Shown here: positions 38,273 through 47,013 of the stretch, piece after piece
Position numbering within the stretch: the first letter of the stretch is position 1
Layout of the letters: the number at the start of each line of letters is the position of its first letter
Source: an uncultured Nitrososphaerales archaeon
Lineage (GTDB): Archaea; Thermoproteota; Nitrososphaeria; Nitrososphaerales; Gagatemarchaeaceae
DNA: 64,000 nt
NCBI GenBank assembly: GCA_963706445.1
Contig: OY970160.1
Location: 352,001-416,000 of the forward strand
Reading direction: 5' to 3'
Position numbers and translations under genes: made by a program
Notes under the pieces: generated by a model
What the model saw: the letters and a program-made list of their open reading frames with translations, nothing else
Databases searched by the model: none
Told to the model about the DNA's origin: nothing

Positions 38273-39316
38273 GTGGCCCAGCAATTGCCCGACATGCAGG
38301 ATGAAATGAAGGGAGTCAAATCCAGGGTCGACGAGCTCATCCTCACCCAGCTCCTGCCGAAGTCCAGCCCAATCAAGGAGGTCGACCTGCTGTACAATAT
38401 GATGAGAGACTACCCCTCCAGGAAGGCGAAGGGGATGCGCCCGTTCCTTTGCGTGACCGCCTGCAGAGCCGCAGGGGGGACGGAATCGGACGCGATTCTT
38501 ACGGCTGCGTGCATCGAGCTCTTCCAGAACTGGATTCTGATTCACGACGACATCGAGGACGGCTCCGAGCTCAGGCGGGGGGAGCCTTCCCTCCACAGGA
38601 AATACACGGAGGGACTCGCCCTGAACGCCGGGGACGCGCTCCACGCCAAGACCTGGGAGTCCCTCCTCAGGAACAGGGAGACGCTTGGACTGGAGCGGAC
38701 CTTCTCGGTCATGGGGGAATTCTCACACATGGTGGACCAGACCACCGAGGGCCAGCACATGGAGCTCGGATGGGTGGCGGGGAAGAGGTGGGACCTCAAG
38801 GAAAAGGACTACCTTGAGATGTGCACGCGAAAGACGTCGTGGTACACCGTAGCCAGCCCGTGCAGGCTCGGTGCCATAGTCGCGGGCGCAGGGAGCGGAG
38901 TGCTCCAGGAGTTGAGGGAGTTCGGGCTCAGCCTGGGGGTGGCATTCCAGATCCAGGACGACGCCCTGAACCTCGTGGGGGACCAGAAGAAATACGGCAA
39001 GGCGAAGTCTGACGACATCTTAGAGGGGAAGCGGACTCTGATACTCCTCCACCTCCTAGCGGTAGCGGGCCAGAGCGAAAGAGACAAAGTGATTTCCATA
39101 ATGAACAAGAGCAGAGATAAGAAGACCTCCGCAGACGTGGAGTTCGTGCTCTCCATGATAGACAAATACGACGCCATCGGATTCGCCAGGAAGAGGGCGA
39201 ACGAGCTGATGAAAGAGGCGTTGGCCACTTTGAGGGGGATCAAATGGAAAGGGGACAGGGAGGCAGTTGACATGCTGGCGTCCTTCGCCCGTTTCGCAGT
39301 AGAGAGAGAATGGTGA
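38273..39316 (+). CDS. Geranylgeranyl diphosphate synthase (polyprenyl synthetase)
   Basis: LIHDDIED..RRG, GQHME, KT, FQIQDD, EGKRT. Confidence 0.93.
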   Translation: MAQQLPDMQDEMKGVKSRVDELILTQLLPKSSPIKEVDLLYNMMRDYPSRKAKGMRPFLCVTACRAAGGTESDAILTAACIELFQNWILIHDDIEDGSELRRGEPSLHRKYTEGLALNAGDALHAKTWESLLRNRETLGLERTFSVMGEFSHMVDQTTEGQHMELGWVAGKRWDLKEKDYLEMCTRKTSWYTVASPCRLGAIVAGAGSGVLQELREFGLSLGVAFQIQDDALNLVGDQKKYGKAKSDDILEGKRTLILLHLLAVAGQSERDKVISIMNKSRDKKTSADVEFVLSMIDKYDAIGFARKRANELMKEALATLRGIKWKGDREAVDMLASFARFAVEREW

Positions 39317-41019
39317 CCAAACTCGACGACGCGGCCCGGGCCGCCATCGAAAGGGCTGCACTCCTAAACGCATCAAAGCACGATAGGAAGGCCGAGCTGG
39401 GCGCGGTCATAGGCCGTGTCCTGGCCGAGAACTCTGAACTGAGGTCGAGTGCAGGCGCTGTCTCTAAGGAAGCCACTGCCGTCGTCAAGCGCATAAACGC
39501 CCTTTCGGTTGCGGAGCAACAGGCGCTCCTCAAGAAATACCCCGAAGCCGAAGCCGCTCCGAAGCCTGAGGGCCGCGTAGGACTCCCACCCCTCCCCAAC
39601 GCGGTCAAGGGGAAGACCGCCTTCCGCCTCCCACCGGAGCCGTCGGGGTACATGACCGTGGGGCACGCCATGGCCTTCACCATCAACTACCTGTACAAGC
39701 AGGAGTATGACGGAGAACTCTGGCTCCGCTTCGAAGACACCAACCCGCGGAAAGTCCAGCCACAATACTACGAGAACTTCCGCAAGGGCATCGCCTGGCT
39801 CGGCATCGAAGTGGACCACGAGAAGAACGTCTCCGACGACATGGAGCTCTTCTACGAGAACGGGAGGAAGCTCCTCGAGCTCGGTGACGCCTACGCCTGC
39901 TCCTGCGACGAGGCGAAGGTCAAGCGTCTGCGGTTCGATGGGGTCGCCTGCGAGCACAGGTCCAACCAGGTCGAGGAGAACCTCCGCAACTTCGACGACC
40001 TCCTGTCGAAGAAGCACAAGGAGGGCTCCTACGTCATCAGGTTCAAGGGGGACATGCAGAGCCCCAACTACTCTCTACGGGACACGAACATATTCAGGGT
40101 CGTCGACTACGCTCATCCACTTACTGGAACGAAGTACTCTCTCTGGCCCACCTACGACCTGGCGGTGGCTGTGGAGGACCAGATGTGCGGAATCACCCAC
40201 GTCCTCAGGAGTTCCGAGTTCAGGAACGAGCTTCAGCAGCTGATCCGCGACGCCCTGAAGTTCAGGCACCTGGAGGTCATCCAGTTCTCGAGGTTCAACT
40301 TCAAAGGGGCCCCGGTCGCGAAGAGGCTCCTCAGGCCACTGGTAGAGAAGAAGCTTGTCTCCGGGTGGGACGACCCGAGGATGCCAACTGTGGACGGCCT
40401 CAGGAGGCGCGGGATCATCCCCCAGACCATCAGGGAGTTCACCTTGCTGGTTGGGTACACCAAGACCGAGCACGAGTACGACTGGAGCATGCTCATGTCA
40501 TTGAACCGAAAGCTCCTCGACCCAGTCTCTAAGCGCATCTTCTTCGTCCCCGACCCAGTCAAGCTCACGGTCGAAGACGCGCCGAAGCGCAAGGCGACGA
40601 TCCCGTTACACCCCCAGCAGGACCTGGGCACGAGGACCATCGATACTGCCGGGGAGTTCTACCTCGCCGCTGGGGACCTGAAGAGCGTGAGCAGGGGGGC
40701 CATCTTCAGGTTGATGGACCTCTTCAACGTCGAGCTCGTATCTGCCGGGCCGAACCCGACTGCAAAGTATGCGGGGGACGAATTGATTCAGAACACGCGC
40801 AAGTTCCAGTGGGTGACCCCCGACCATTCCGAGGTTGCTGTGACCGTCCCCGACGTGCTGTTCCTTGAGGATGACAAGTTCAACCCAGACAGCCTGAAGG
40901 AAGTATCAGGCTACGCGGAGGAATCGGCCGCCAAGCTGAAGGTCGGGGACATCGTACAATTCCCGCGTTTCGGGTTCGCCCGGCTCGATTCGCCCGGGAA
41001 GTTCATCCTCAGCGGCTGA
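39310..41019 (+). CDS. gltX: Glutamate-tRNA ligase
   Basis: LRFEDTNP, WPTYD, GWDDPRMPT, QFPRFGF; HIGH motif reads TVGH. Confidence 0.95.
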   Translation: MVTKLDDAARAAIERAALLNASKHDRKAELGAVIGRVLAENSELRSSAGAVSKEATAVVKRINALSVAEQQALLKKYPEAEAAPKPEGRVGLPPLPNAVKGKTAFRLPPEPSGYMTVGHAMAFTINYLYKQEYDGELWLRFEDTNPRKVQPQYYENFRKGIAWLGIEVDHEKNVSDDMELFYENGRKLLELGDAYACSCDEAKVKRLRFDGVACEHRSNQVEENLRNFDDLLSKKHKEGSYVIRFKGDMQSPNYSLRDTNIFRVVDYAHPLTGTKYSLWPTYDLAVAVEDQMCGITHVLRSSEFRNELQQLIRDALKFRHLEVIQFSRFNFKGAPVAKRLLRPLVEKKLVSGWDDPRMPTVDGLRRRGIIPQTIREFTLLVGYTKTEHEYDWSMLMSLNRKLLDPVSKRIFFVPDPVKLTVEDAPKRKATIPLHPQQDLGTRTIDTAGEFYLAAGDLKSVSRGAIFRLMDLFNVELVSAGPNPTAKYAGDELIQNTRKFQWVTPDHSEVAVTVPDVLFLEDDKFNPDSLKEVSGYAEESAAKLKVGDIVQFPRFGFARLDSPGKFILSG

Positions 41020-41175
41020 GCCCTCTCTTTCGCGAGAGCCCGAGAACAAGCAGCTCATCATTTCTGAGTCTACCTAGGCCGGCGACAGCCGCACACGGGG
41101 TTCTACCGGCTCCAACATCATTTTCCATCGCAACGATTTAGGTTCTGGGAACCTGTCGGTCGCTGGCCGCCAAGC

Positions 41176-42375
41176 CTACCTTCCCCCATCCGCTCTGAGG
41201 ATTGGAGCCGTCGTCGTCTCGTTCCCTTCATCGCTTCCCTTGAGGGGCCGCACCTGCGGAACCGCGCAGGCCATTATGTTCTTGCTTGCTAGGTCATCCC
41301 TATCCCATGTTTTATCGCACACTGGGCAGTACAGCTTCCTGTCCCCCAGCGGTACGACGCGGGAGCCGCAAAGGCAGTGTGAGGACGAACCTCTCGGATT
41401 AACGTACCAATCGGGAATGCCTACCCATCTTGCTTTGTAATCTATCTGCCTCTGGGTCTCTCCGAAGACCCAGGAGTTCATCCTCCCCCTGAATGCTGGT
41501 CCCTGTCCGTTTCCTTTCCGATACAGCTTCCTTATCCCTTCAGATTCTCCATCTTGATGCCGAGACGGTTCACTCTAGTTCACCTTGTAATTTACAATCG
41601 CCTGGGTGACTCCGTTTACCCGCTGCATGGTCCGATCCCTCTCGCGCCTTCCGTACTTGGCGAGGAGCTCCTTGCCTATCCTCCTGTCTCCCCGGGTCTT
41701 CTTTGCTATCCTAGCCCTGATTTCCCTGTACCTCTTCTTGATCTCGACCACCTCACCCAGCTCGTCGAACTTGTGCTCGGAGCCATCAGTGGCAGATGCG
41801 GTGACATTGCTTTCGTTGATGTCTACGCCGATGTATCCTACGGGTTCGACCATGTGGACCTCTTTGGAGAACGCTACGGTTACCGCGCGCTCCGTTACGG
41901 TGACCGAGCCGCTCTTCAAGCTGGGGTCGTCAATGAACGACGAGTGGTAGTCCGAGCCCTCAAGAGTAAGGAATACGAAGTGTCTTGGTGTTGTGGGGAT
42001 CCTCAGAAGGAGGTGGTTGAGCTGGTTGAGCTGGTAGAGCTGGTACGACTGGTTGTCGAGCTTGAGGGATGCCTTTCTGATGTAGGGGATTCTCTTCCTG
42101 TTCTTGTTCCTATAGACAGAATATGCCACCTCACAAGCAGAGAGAATGGAGTGTGTATGGAGGCCATATGCCTTTAGATGTGGGCAGGCGAGTTGGATCA
42201 GGCCGAACCTGTTCATGGGCTTTTCCTGGACTGCGATTCTAATGGTCCTATTACACATCAGACGGAAGTCCTCGAGGAGTGAGGAAAGCTCTTGCGAGGC
42301 TGTGTATCTGACGGAAACAAATTTCACTGCCCAAATTTTGTTCCGTGAGGCGGATTCGGCTTGCTTCGCAAGCAT
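41176..42375 (-). pseudogene. tnpB: TnpB (IS200/IS605-IS607 family RNA-guided nuclease) pseudogene; no transposase next to it
   Basis: RuvC-I GVDINE, RuvC-II MENL, Zn finger CLC..CPVC, RuvC-III DRDDLASKNI; stop and frameshifts near 41535-41585. Confidence 0.88.
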
Positions 42376-42524
42376 CCTCCGAAAGAACAGTTTCCCGGGC
42401 TAAAAGCCCAGGCATAGTCGGGACCAAAGGCGGAGGGGAGATCTCTGAAAGTGTCAGGCGCATCTGAAGACAGAGAAAAAGTCAACGACCGAACAACGAC
42501 TTATAACGGGGTCGGAAAGGGCGA

Positions 42525-42553
42525 GTCTGGGAGATTTACAGATGACCCCAGAC
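42525..42553 (+). promoter_or_regulatory. Kink-turn/K-loop overlapping the rpl7ae start codon
   Basis: GUCUGGG-A-GA / GAU-GA-C-CCCAGAC: tandem G.A pairs plus a 7-bp stem; TTATAA at 42501. Confidence 0.7.
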
Positions 42554-42928
42554 AAGAAGCCCTACTACATCAAGTTCGAGACCCCCAAGGAGGTCTCAGA
42601 AGCCGCCTACGAGGTACTCAGGCAGGCCTCGCGGACTGGCAAGGTCCGCAAGGGGACCAACGAAACGACGAAGGCCATCGAAAGGGGACTTGCGAAGCTC
42701 GTGGTGATAGCCGAGGACGTCGTGCCCCCGGAGGTTGTCGCCCATCTGCCCATCCTCTGTGACGAGAGGAAGATACCATATGTCTTCGTGCCTTCGAAGG
42801 ACCAGATAGGGCCCGCCATCGGCATCGACGTCTCGACAGCTGCGGCTGCGGTGCTTGAAGCCGGCGAGGGCTCCCAGATCCTCGACCAGGTCACCCAAGA
42901 GCTTTCGAGGCTGAAGAAGCCAGCATGA
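42542..42928 (+). CDS. rpl7ae: 50S ribosomal protein L7Ae
   Basis: [26 protein letters not shown]. Confidence 0.97.
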   Translation: MTPDKKPYYIKFETPKEVSEAAYEVLRQASRTGKVRKGTNETTKAIERGLAKLVVIAEDVVPPEVVAHLPILCDERKIPYVFVPSKDQIGPAIGIDVSTAAAAVLEAGEGSQILDQVTQELSRLKKPA

Positions 42929-43143
42929 GCAGCAAGAGAGAAGCTGAGACACTAACCCCGTCGGAAGTGGTGCAGATTGTGGGGAGGACAGGAGTAGCCG
43001 GCGAAATAACCCAAGTCAGGGTCAAAATCCTAGAAGGGAAGGAAAAAGGGCGTATTTTGACCAGAAACGTCAAAGGACCGATTAGATTGGCAGACGTGCT
43101 CGTTTTAAGAGAAACTGAGCGAGAAGCGAGAAAGCTCAAATAG
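42925..43143 (+). CDS. rps28e: 30S ribosomal protein S28e
   Basis: [29 protein letters not shown]. Confidence 0.97.
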   Translation: MSSKREAETLTPSEVVQIVGRTGVAGEITQVRVKILEGKEKGRILTRNVKGPIRLADVLVLRETEREARKLK

Positions 43144-43200
43144 AGCTTATTTTCCCATTCAAAGTTCTAATCAGCCTTATATCCTTTAAATGAGGCGCAG

Positions 43201-43938
43201 TCAATCCCTTAGTTCAATGACTAGTTCGAAACTGGCGAGTCTTCGGGTTGAGAAGAGTAGGTCGAAAGCAAAACCCTCGCTCTCTCTCTTGTCGGGGTGC
43301 CATAAGAGTCGTCCAACTTGGTCCAGCCATTTCCTATTCGCACCAGAAAGGATTTCGATCAAGTAGCTATTCTTTCTAGTCACTATTTCTATGCCCCTCA
43401 GAGAATGTCTTCACCCTCGCCTGCTTGCCAGCCGGGTCCGAACAGAGGTTGGCTCCAAGCGGATCTTGTTGACGAGCGATAATCTGGCGATTCCAAGTAG
43501 GCGTCTGTCACTATTGATTACTGCGAAAATGCGACCATGGGGAGATTCGATGGGCTCTGGCAGGACTAAACTACTTTCCGCGTCACTTAATCCGCCTTGA
43601 AAATCGGCCGCGATACGACCTTCCATCGCAATCGAGTGGATTGAATCATATTTTGGCTGCATGGAGTCATCGAACAACGCTCTACGCACCAAAGTCGAGT
43701 TCAGGACAATGTTGTGCTGTAGGTTGTCAGACAAGTTTCAGGGTCGGACGTATTCACGAGACGTTCCACCACATTCCTTTGCAATCTGCTGAACTATGCC
43801 CACGAGCTTGTCGGCGAAAACCGGATTGGCTGTAACGACCCTTACCTCACCCCATGCGGGGTACCCATCGCCGTATGCGAGGCCCGCGAAATGTGCAAGT
43901 TCGGAGTCGACGACTACGGTATGTGCGGTTCCCCACAA
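43201..43938 (-). pseudogene. Two-motif LAGLIDADG (DOD) endonuclease interrupted by two in-frame TGA codons
   Basis: Three track ORFs share one frame; motifs LAHFAGLAYGDG and ADFQGGLSDAES; TGA at 43738-43740 and 43411-43413. Confidence 0.75.
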
Positions 43939-44105
43939 GGACGATTGTAACTCACGAACCGCGAAACATTAGGCGGGCCTTCGCACTCTAGCACCCACTA
44001 TCCACTTACTATCTTTTCGCAGGAGCCTAGAGATGCTATTCCCAACGAGCCCTTTATATCCCAAGTTCCAAAAGCCCACGAATGAAAGGGGTGCGGTAGT
44101 CTGAG

Positions 44106-44288
44106 ATGTATGTTCCAAAGAAATGCGCGTTCTGTGGGAAGGAAGTCAGACTCGGCTCCGGCATCCTGTTCGTGAAGAACGACGGGTCTACGCGTTCCTA
44201 CTGCTCCTCAAAGTGCAAGACCAACGAGCTGAAGCTGGGTCGCGATCCGAGGAAGCTGAAATGGGCGCGGGGGACTAACAGGAAATGA
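44106..44288 (+). CDS. rpl24e: 50S ribosomal protein L24e
   Basis: CAFCG..G.G...VKNDG...YCSSKC, PRKLKW. Confidence 0.96.
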   Translation: MYVPKKCAFCGKEVRLGSGILFVKNDGSTRSYCSSKCKTNELKLGRDPRKLKWARGTNRK

Positions 44289-44707
44289 GTTCGACCTCCG
44301 AAGAGACGCTGATCGTCGTAAAGCCGGACGGTGTCAAGAGGGGGCTCGTCGGAGAGATAGTCGGCAGGTTCGAGCGGAAGGGGTTCGTGATCAAGCGGCT
44401 CCAGATGCAGACGATGTCGAGGTCAATGGCAGAGGAGTTCTATTCTGTCCATAAGGACAAGCCGTTCTTCGGCGAACTGGTGTCGTTCATCACCTCGGGC
44501 CCGGTCGTGGGCGTTACACTTTCGGGGAGAGACGCGGTCGCCACAGTAAGGAGAATGGTCGGCGTGACAAAGAGCTGGGAGGCGGCCCCGGGGACCATAA
44601 GGGGGGACTTTGGCCTTGGTTACACAGACAATATGATCCACGCGTCCGATTCGGCCGAGAGCTTTACAAAGGAGAGCGGGGTCTTCTTCGCCAAGACGAG
44701 AGGGTGA
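44285..44707 (+). CDS. ndk: Nucleoside diphosphate kinase
   Basis: KPDGVKRGL, PGTIRGDF, N.IHASDS. Confidence 0.97.
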   Translation: MSSTSEETLIVVKPDGVKRGLVGEIVGRFERKGFVIKRLQMQTMSRSMAEEFYSVHKDKPFFGELVSFITSGPVVGVTLSGRDAVATVRRMVGVTKSWEAAPGTIRGDFGLGYTDNMIHASDSAESFTKESGVFFAKTRG

Positions 44708-44733
44708 GGGCGTCATAAGGAGCTGGGAGCAAC

Positions 44734-46524
44734 TTGTCAGAACCAAGCGGACGGATGAGACAGCCGGTAGTAGTTATTCTCGGACACGTCGATAGTGGAA
44801 AGACCTCCCTCGCAGACGCATTAAGGGGCACCGGGGTACAGGCACGCGAAGTAGGCGGCATCACACAGGAGATCGGCGCAAGCTTCTTCCCGATGGAGAC
44901 CCTGAAGGAAATCTGCGGCCCGCTCCTCGACAGGGCAGGAGGGGAGCTTCAGATACCCGGGCTTCTGATGATAGACACCCCGGGGCACGCGGTCTTCTCC
45001 AACCTCAGGCTCAGAGGGGGCTCGGCTGCTGACATCGCGATACTCGTGGTGGACGTGCTCAAGGGGCTTGAGAATCAGACCCTGGAGAGCATCGACATAC
45101 TCAAGCAGCGCCACGTCCCGTTCCTGGTGGCGCTCAACAAGATCGATATGATCAACGGGTGGCGCAAGGGGAGCAAAGGACCCCTCCCGCAGGTGATGAA
45201 GGAGCAGCTCCCCCAGTGGAACGACGAACTCGAGGAGAGGCTCTACAACGTGGTGGGAGGGCTTACGCGCCTCGGCTTCCAGTCGGACGCGTACTACCGG
45301 GTCAAGGACTTCCGCCAGCAGGTGTCCATCGTCCCAGTGTCAGCCCGAGCTCCCGTCGGGATGCCGGAGATGCTCGCGATGCTGATAGGCCTTGCCCAGC
45401 AGTTCCTCAAGGGCAAGCTCGTGATGGATGGTGCGAAGGGAGGGAGGGGGATAATCCTGGAGATGCAGGAAGAAGTAGGCATCGGGGAGACCGCCAACGT
45501 CATCCTCACCGAGGGGTCCATCAACGTCGGGGATTCCATAAGCCTAGTAAGAAAGGACGGTGCATTCAAGTCGAAGGTGAAGGCCCTTTTCATGCCGAAG
45601 GCCCTCGACGAAATGCGGGACCCCAGGGACAAGTTCACCCCCGTCGACTCCGTCTATGCCGCGGCAGGAGTCAAGTTGGTGTCTCCCGACCTGGTTGGGG
45701 TCGTCCCGGGGACCTCGGTGGCCACCTTCAAAACAGACAAGCAGTTCCAGCAGCTCAAGGACGAGATGGAGAAGGAACTCTCCAACATCGTCGTCAAGAC
45801 GGACAACATGGGGGTCATAGTGAAGGCCGGGAGCATCGGGGGGCTCGAGGCCCTGCTCAGGATGCTCGAGGAGCGCGGCATCCCCGTGCGCCAGGCGGAC
45901 ATCGGGGACATATCGAAGAACGACATCATAGACGCCCAGGTGGTTGGGGACCACGACCCATTCCTCGGGGCGATCCTCGGGTTCGATTCGAAGGTCCTCC
46001 CGGAGGCGAAGGAATACGTCGGGGTCGGGCCGATCTTCGTCTCGGCGATCATATACGAGGTCCTCGACAACTACGTGAACTGGGCGGAGGCCAAGAGAGA
46101 GTCAGACGAGAAGGCGGCTCTTTCGAGTCTTACCCGCCCGTGCAAGCTCAAGGTGATACCGGGGGCGTTCTTCAGGAACAGGGACCCCGCGGTCTTCGGG
46201 GTGGACGTGGTCGTCGGGAGGCTGAAGCCAAAGATCAAGCTGATGTCCGTCGAGGGGGTCGAGTTGGGGACCGTCGAGCAGGTCCAGGACCAGGGGAAGG
46301 CCCTGACAGAAGCGCGCGAGGGGGACAAGGTTGCCATCTCTGTTGACGGCCCGACACTGGGGCGCCAGGTGAGGGAGAACGACACCATCTACACCATGCC
46401 CAGAAGTCACGAGGCAAAACTGCTGCGGACGAAGCTCGCTGGCTCCCTGACCGAGAAGGAGCGGGAGGTCCTTGATGAGATAGTCAGGATAAAGTCGGCG
46501 TCCGACCCACTGTTTGGTTTCTAG
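44734..46524 (+). CDS. infB: Translation initiation factor aIF5B (IF-2)
   Basis: GHVDSGKT, GGITQEIGA, DTPGH, NKID; no intein. Confidence 0.96.
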   Translation: MSEPSGRMRQPVVVILGHVDSGKTSLADALRGTGVQAREVGGITQEIGASFFPMETLKEICGPLLDRAGGELQIPGLLMIDTPGHAVFSNLRLRGGSAADIAILVVDVLKGLENQTLESIDILKQRHVPFLVALNKIDMINGWRKGSKGPLPQVMKEQLPQWNDELEERLYNVVGGLTRLGFQSDAYYRVKDFRQQVSIVPVSARAPVGMPEMLAMLIGLAQQFLKGKLVMDGAKGGRGIILEMQEEVGIGETANVILTEGSINVGDSISLVRKDGAFKSKVKALFMPKALDEMRDPRDKFTPVDSVYAAAGVKLVSPDLVGVVPGTSVATFKTDKQFQQLKDEMEKELSNIVVKTDNMGVIVKAGSIGGLEALLRMLEERGIPVRQADIGDISKNDIIDAQVVGDHDPFLGAILGFDSKVLPEAKEYVGVGPIFVSAIIYEVLDNYVNWAEAKRESDEKAALSSLTRPCKLKVIPGAFFRNRDPAVFGVDVVVGRLKPKIKLMSVEGVELGTVEQVQDQGKALTEAREGDKVAISVDGPTLGRQVRENDTIYTMPRSHEAKLLRTKLAGSLTEKEREVLDEIVRIKSASDPLFGF

Positions 46525-46557
46525 GTTTATTTACCCGCTGGATTCGGAGCCGCCTGA

Positions 46558-46917
46558 ATGGTCAGCTTCAAGCTCGTCCTATCAGACCCCGCGACCGGTA
46601 AGTCCGAGGCGTCTGAGGTCAAGGACGCGAACGCCCAGCAGCTCATGGGGCGGAAGATCGGCGAAGTCCTCGACGGGACAGCCATCGGCCTGACGGGTAA
46701 GATCATGATAACAGGTGGAAGCGACAAGGCGGGCTTCCCCATGCGCCACGACACCCAGGGCGGGGGGAAGAACTACGTCCTCCTCACAAAGGGGGTCGGG
46801 TACAAGACGCACGAAGAGGGGAGGAAGAAGCGGAGACTCGTCCGCGGCAATACGATCACAGAAGAAACGTATCAGATCAACGGCAAGCGCGTCGTCGAAC
46901 CGGCCAAGACCAGCTAG
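46558..46917 (+). CDS. rps6e: 30S ribosomal protein S6e
   Basis: ITGGSDKAGFPM, VRGN.I...QIN. Confidence 0.96.
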   Translation: MVSFKLVLSDPATGKSEASEVKDANAQQLMGRKIGEVLDGTAIGLTGKIMITGGSDKAGFPMRHDTQGGGKNYVLLTKGVGYKTHEEGRKKRRLVRGNTITEETYQINGKRVVEPAKTS

Positions 46918-46951
46918 ATTTTTCTGAAACCCCAAAGCTTTCCCAAATTCA

Positions 46952-46968
46952 TCAGGGAGATTCCCTGA
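46952..46968. promoter_or_regulatory. Perfect inverted repeat TCAGGGA-GAT-TCCCTGA, candidate operator
   Basis: 7-3-7 palindrome 45 nt upstream of the Lrp gene. Confidence 0.35.
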
Positions 46969-47013
46969 AAAGTAGAAATATCTCGCGGAGGCTCTAGATG
47001 ATAGGAACCTGAT

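Noticed and set aside
42014-42058. Short tandem repeats as a CRISPR array
   Set aside because: They are 9-bp units without spacers inside tnpB. I saw no CRISPR array or cas genes in the window.
43411-43740. Genome-wide TGA reassignment or selenocysteine as the explanation for the in-frame TGAs
   Set aside because: TGA terminates many core genes here (rps3, rpl29, rps9, gltX), and the two positions are not Cys-like redox sites.
43150-44100. Weak similarity between the two flanks of the LAGLIDADG pseudogene (TTATATCC, AAGTTC)
   Set aside because: Too short and AT-rich to call a target-site duplication by eye; needs alignment to an empty allele.
44734-46524. Intein in aIF5B as the source of the LAGLIDADG domains
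   Set aside because: The protein is normal length with contiguous GTPase motifs, and no intein splicing motifs flank either endonuclease ORF.
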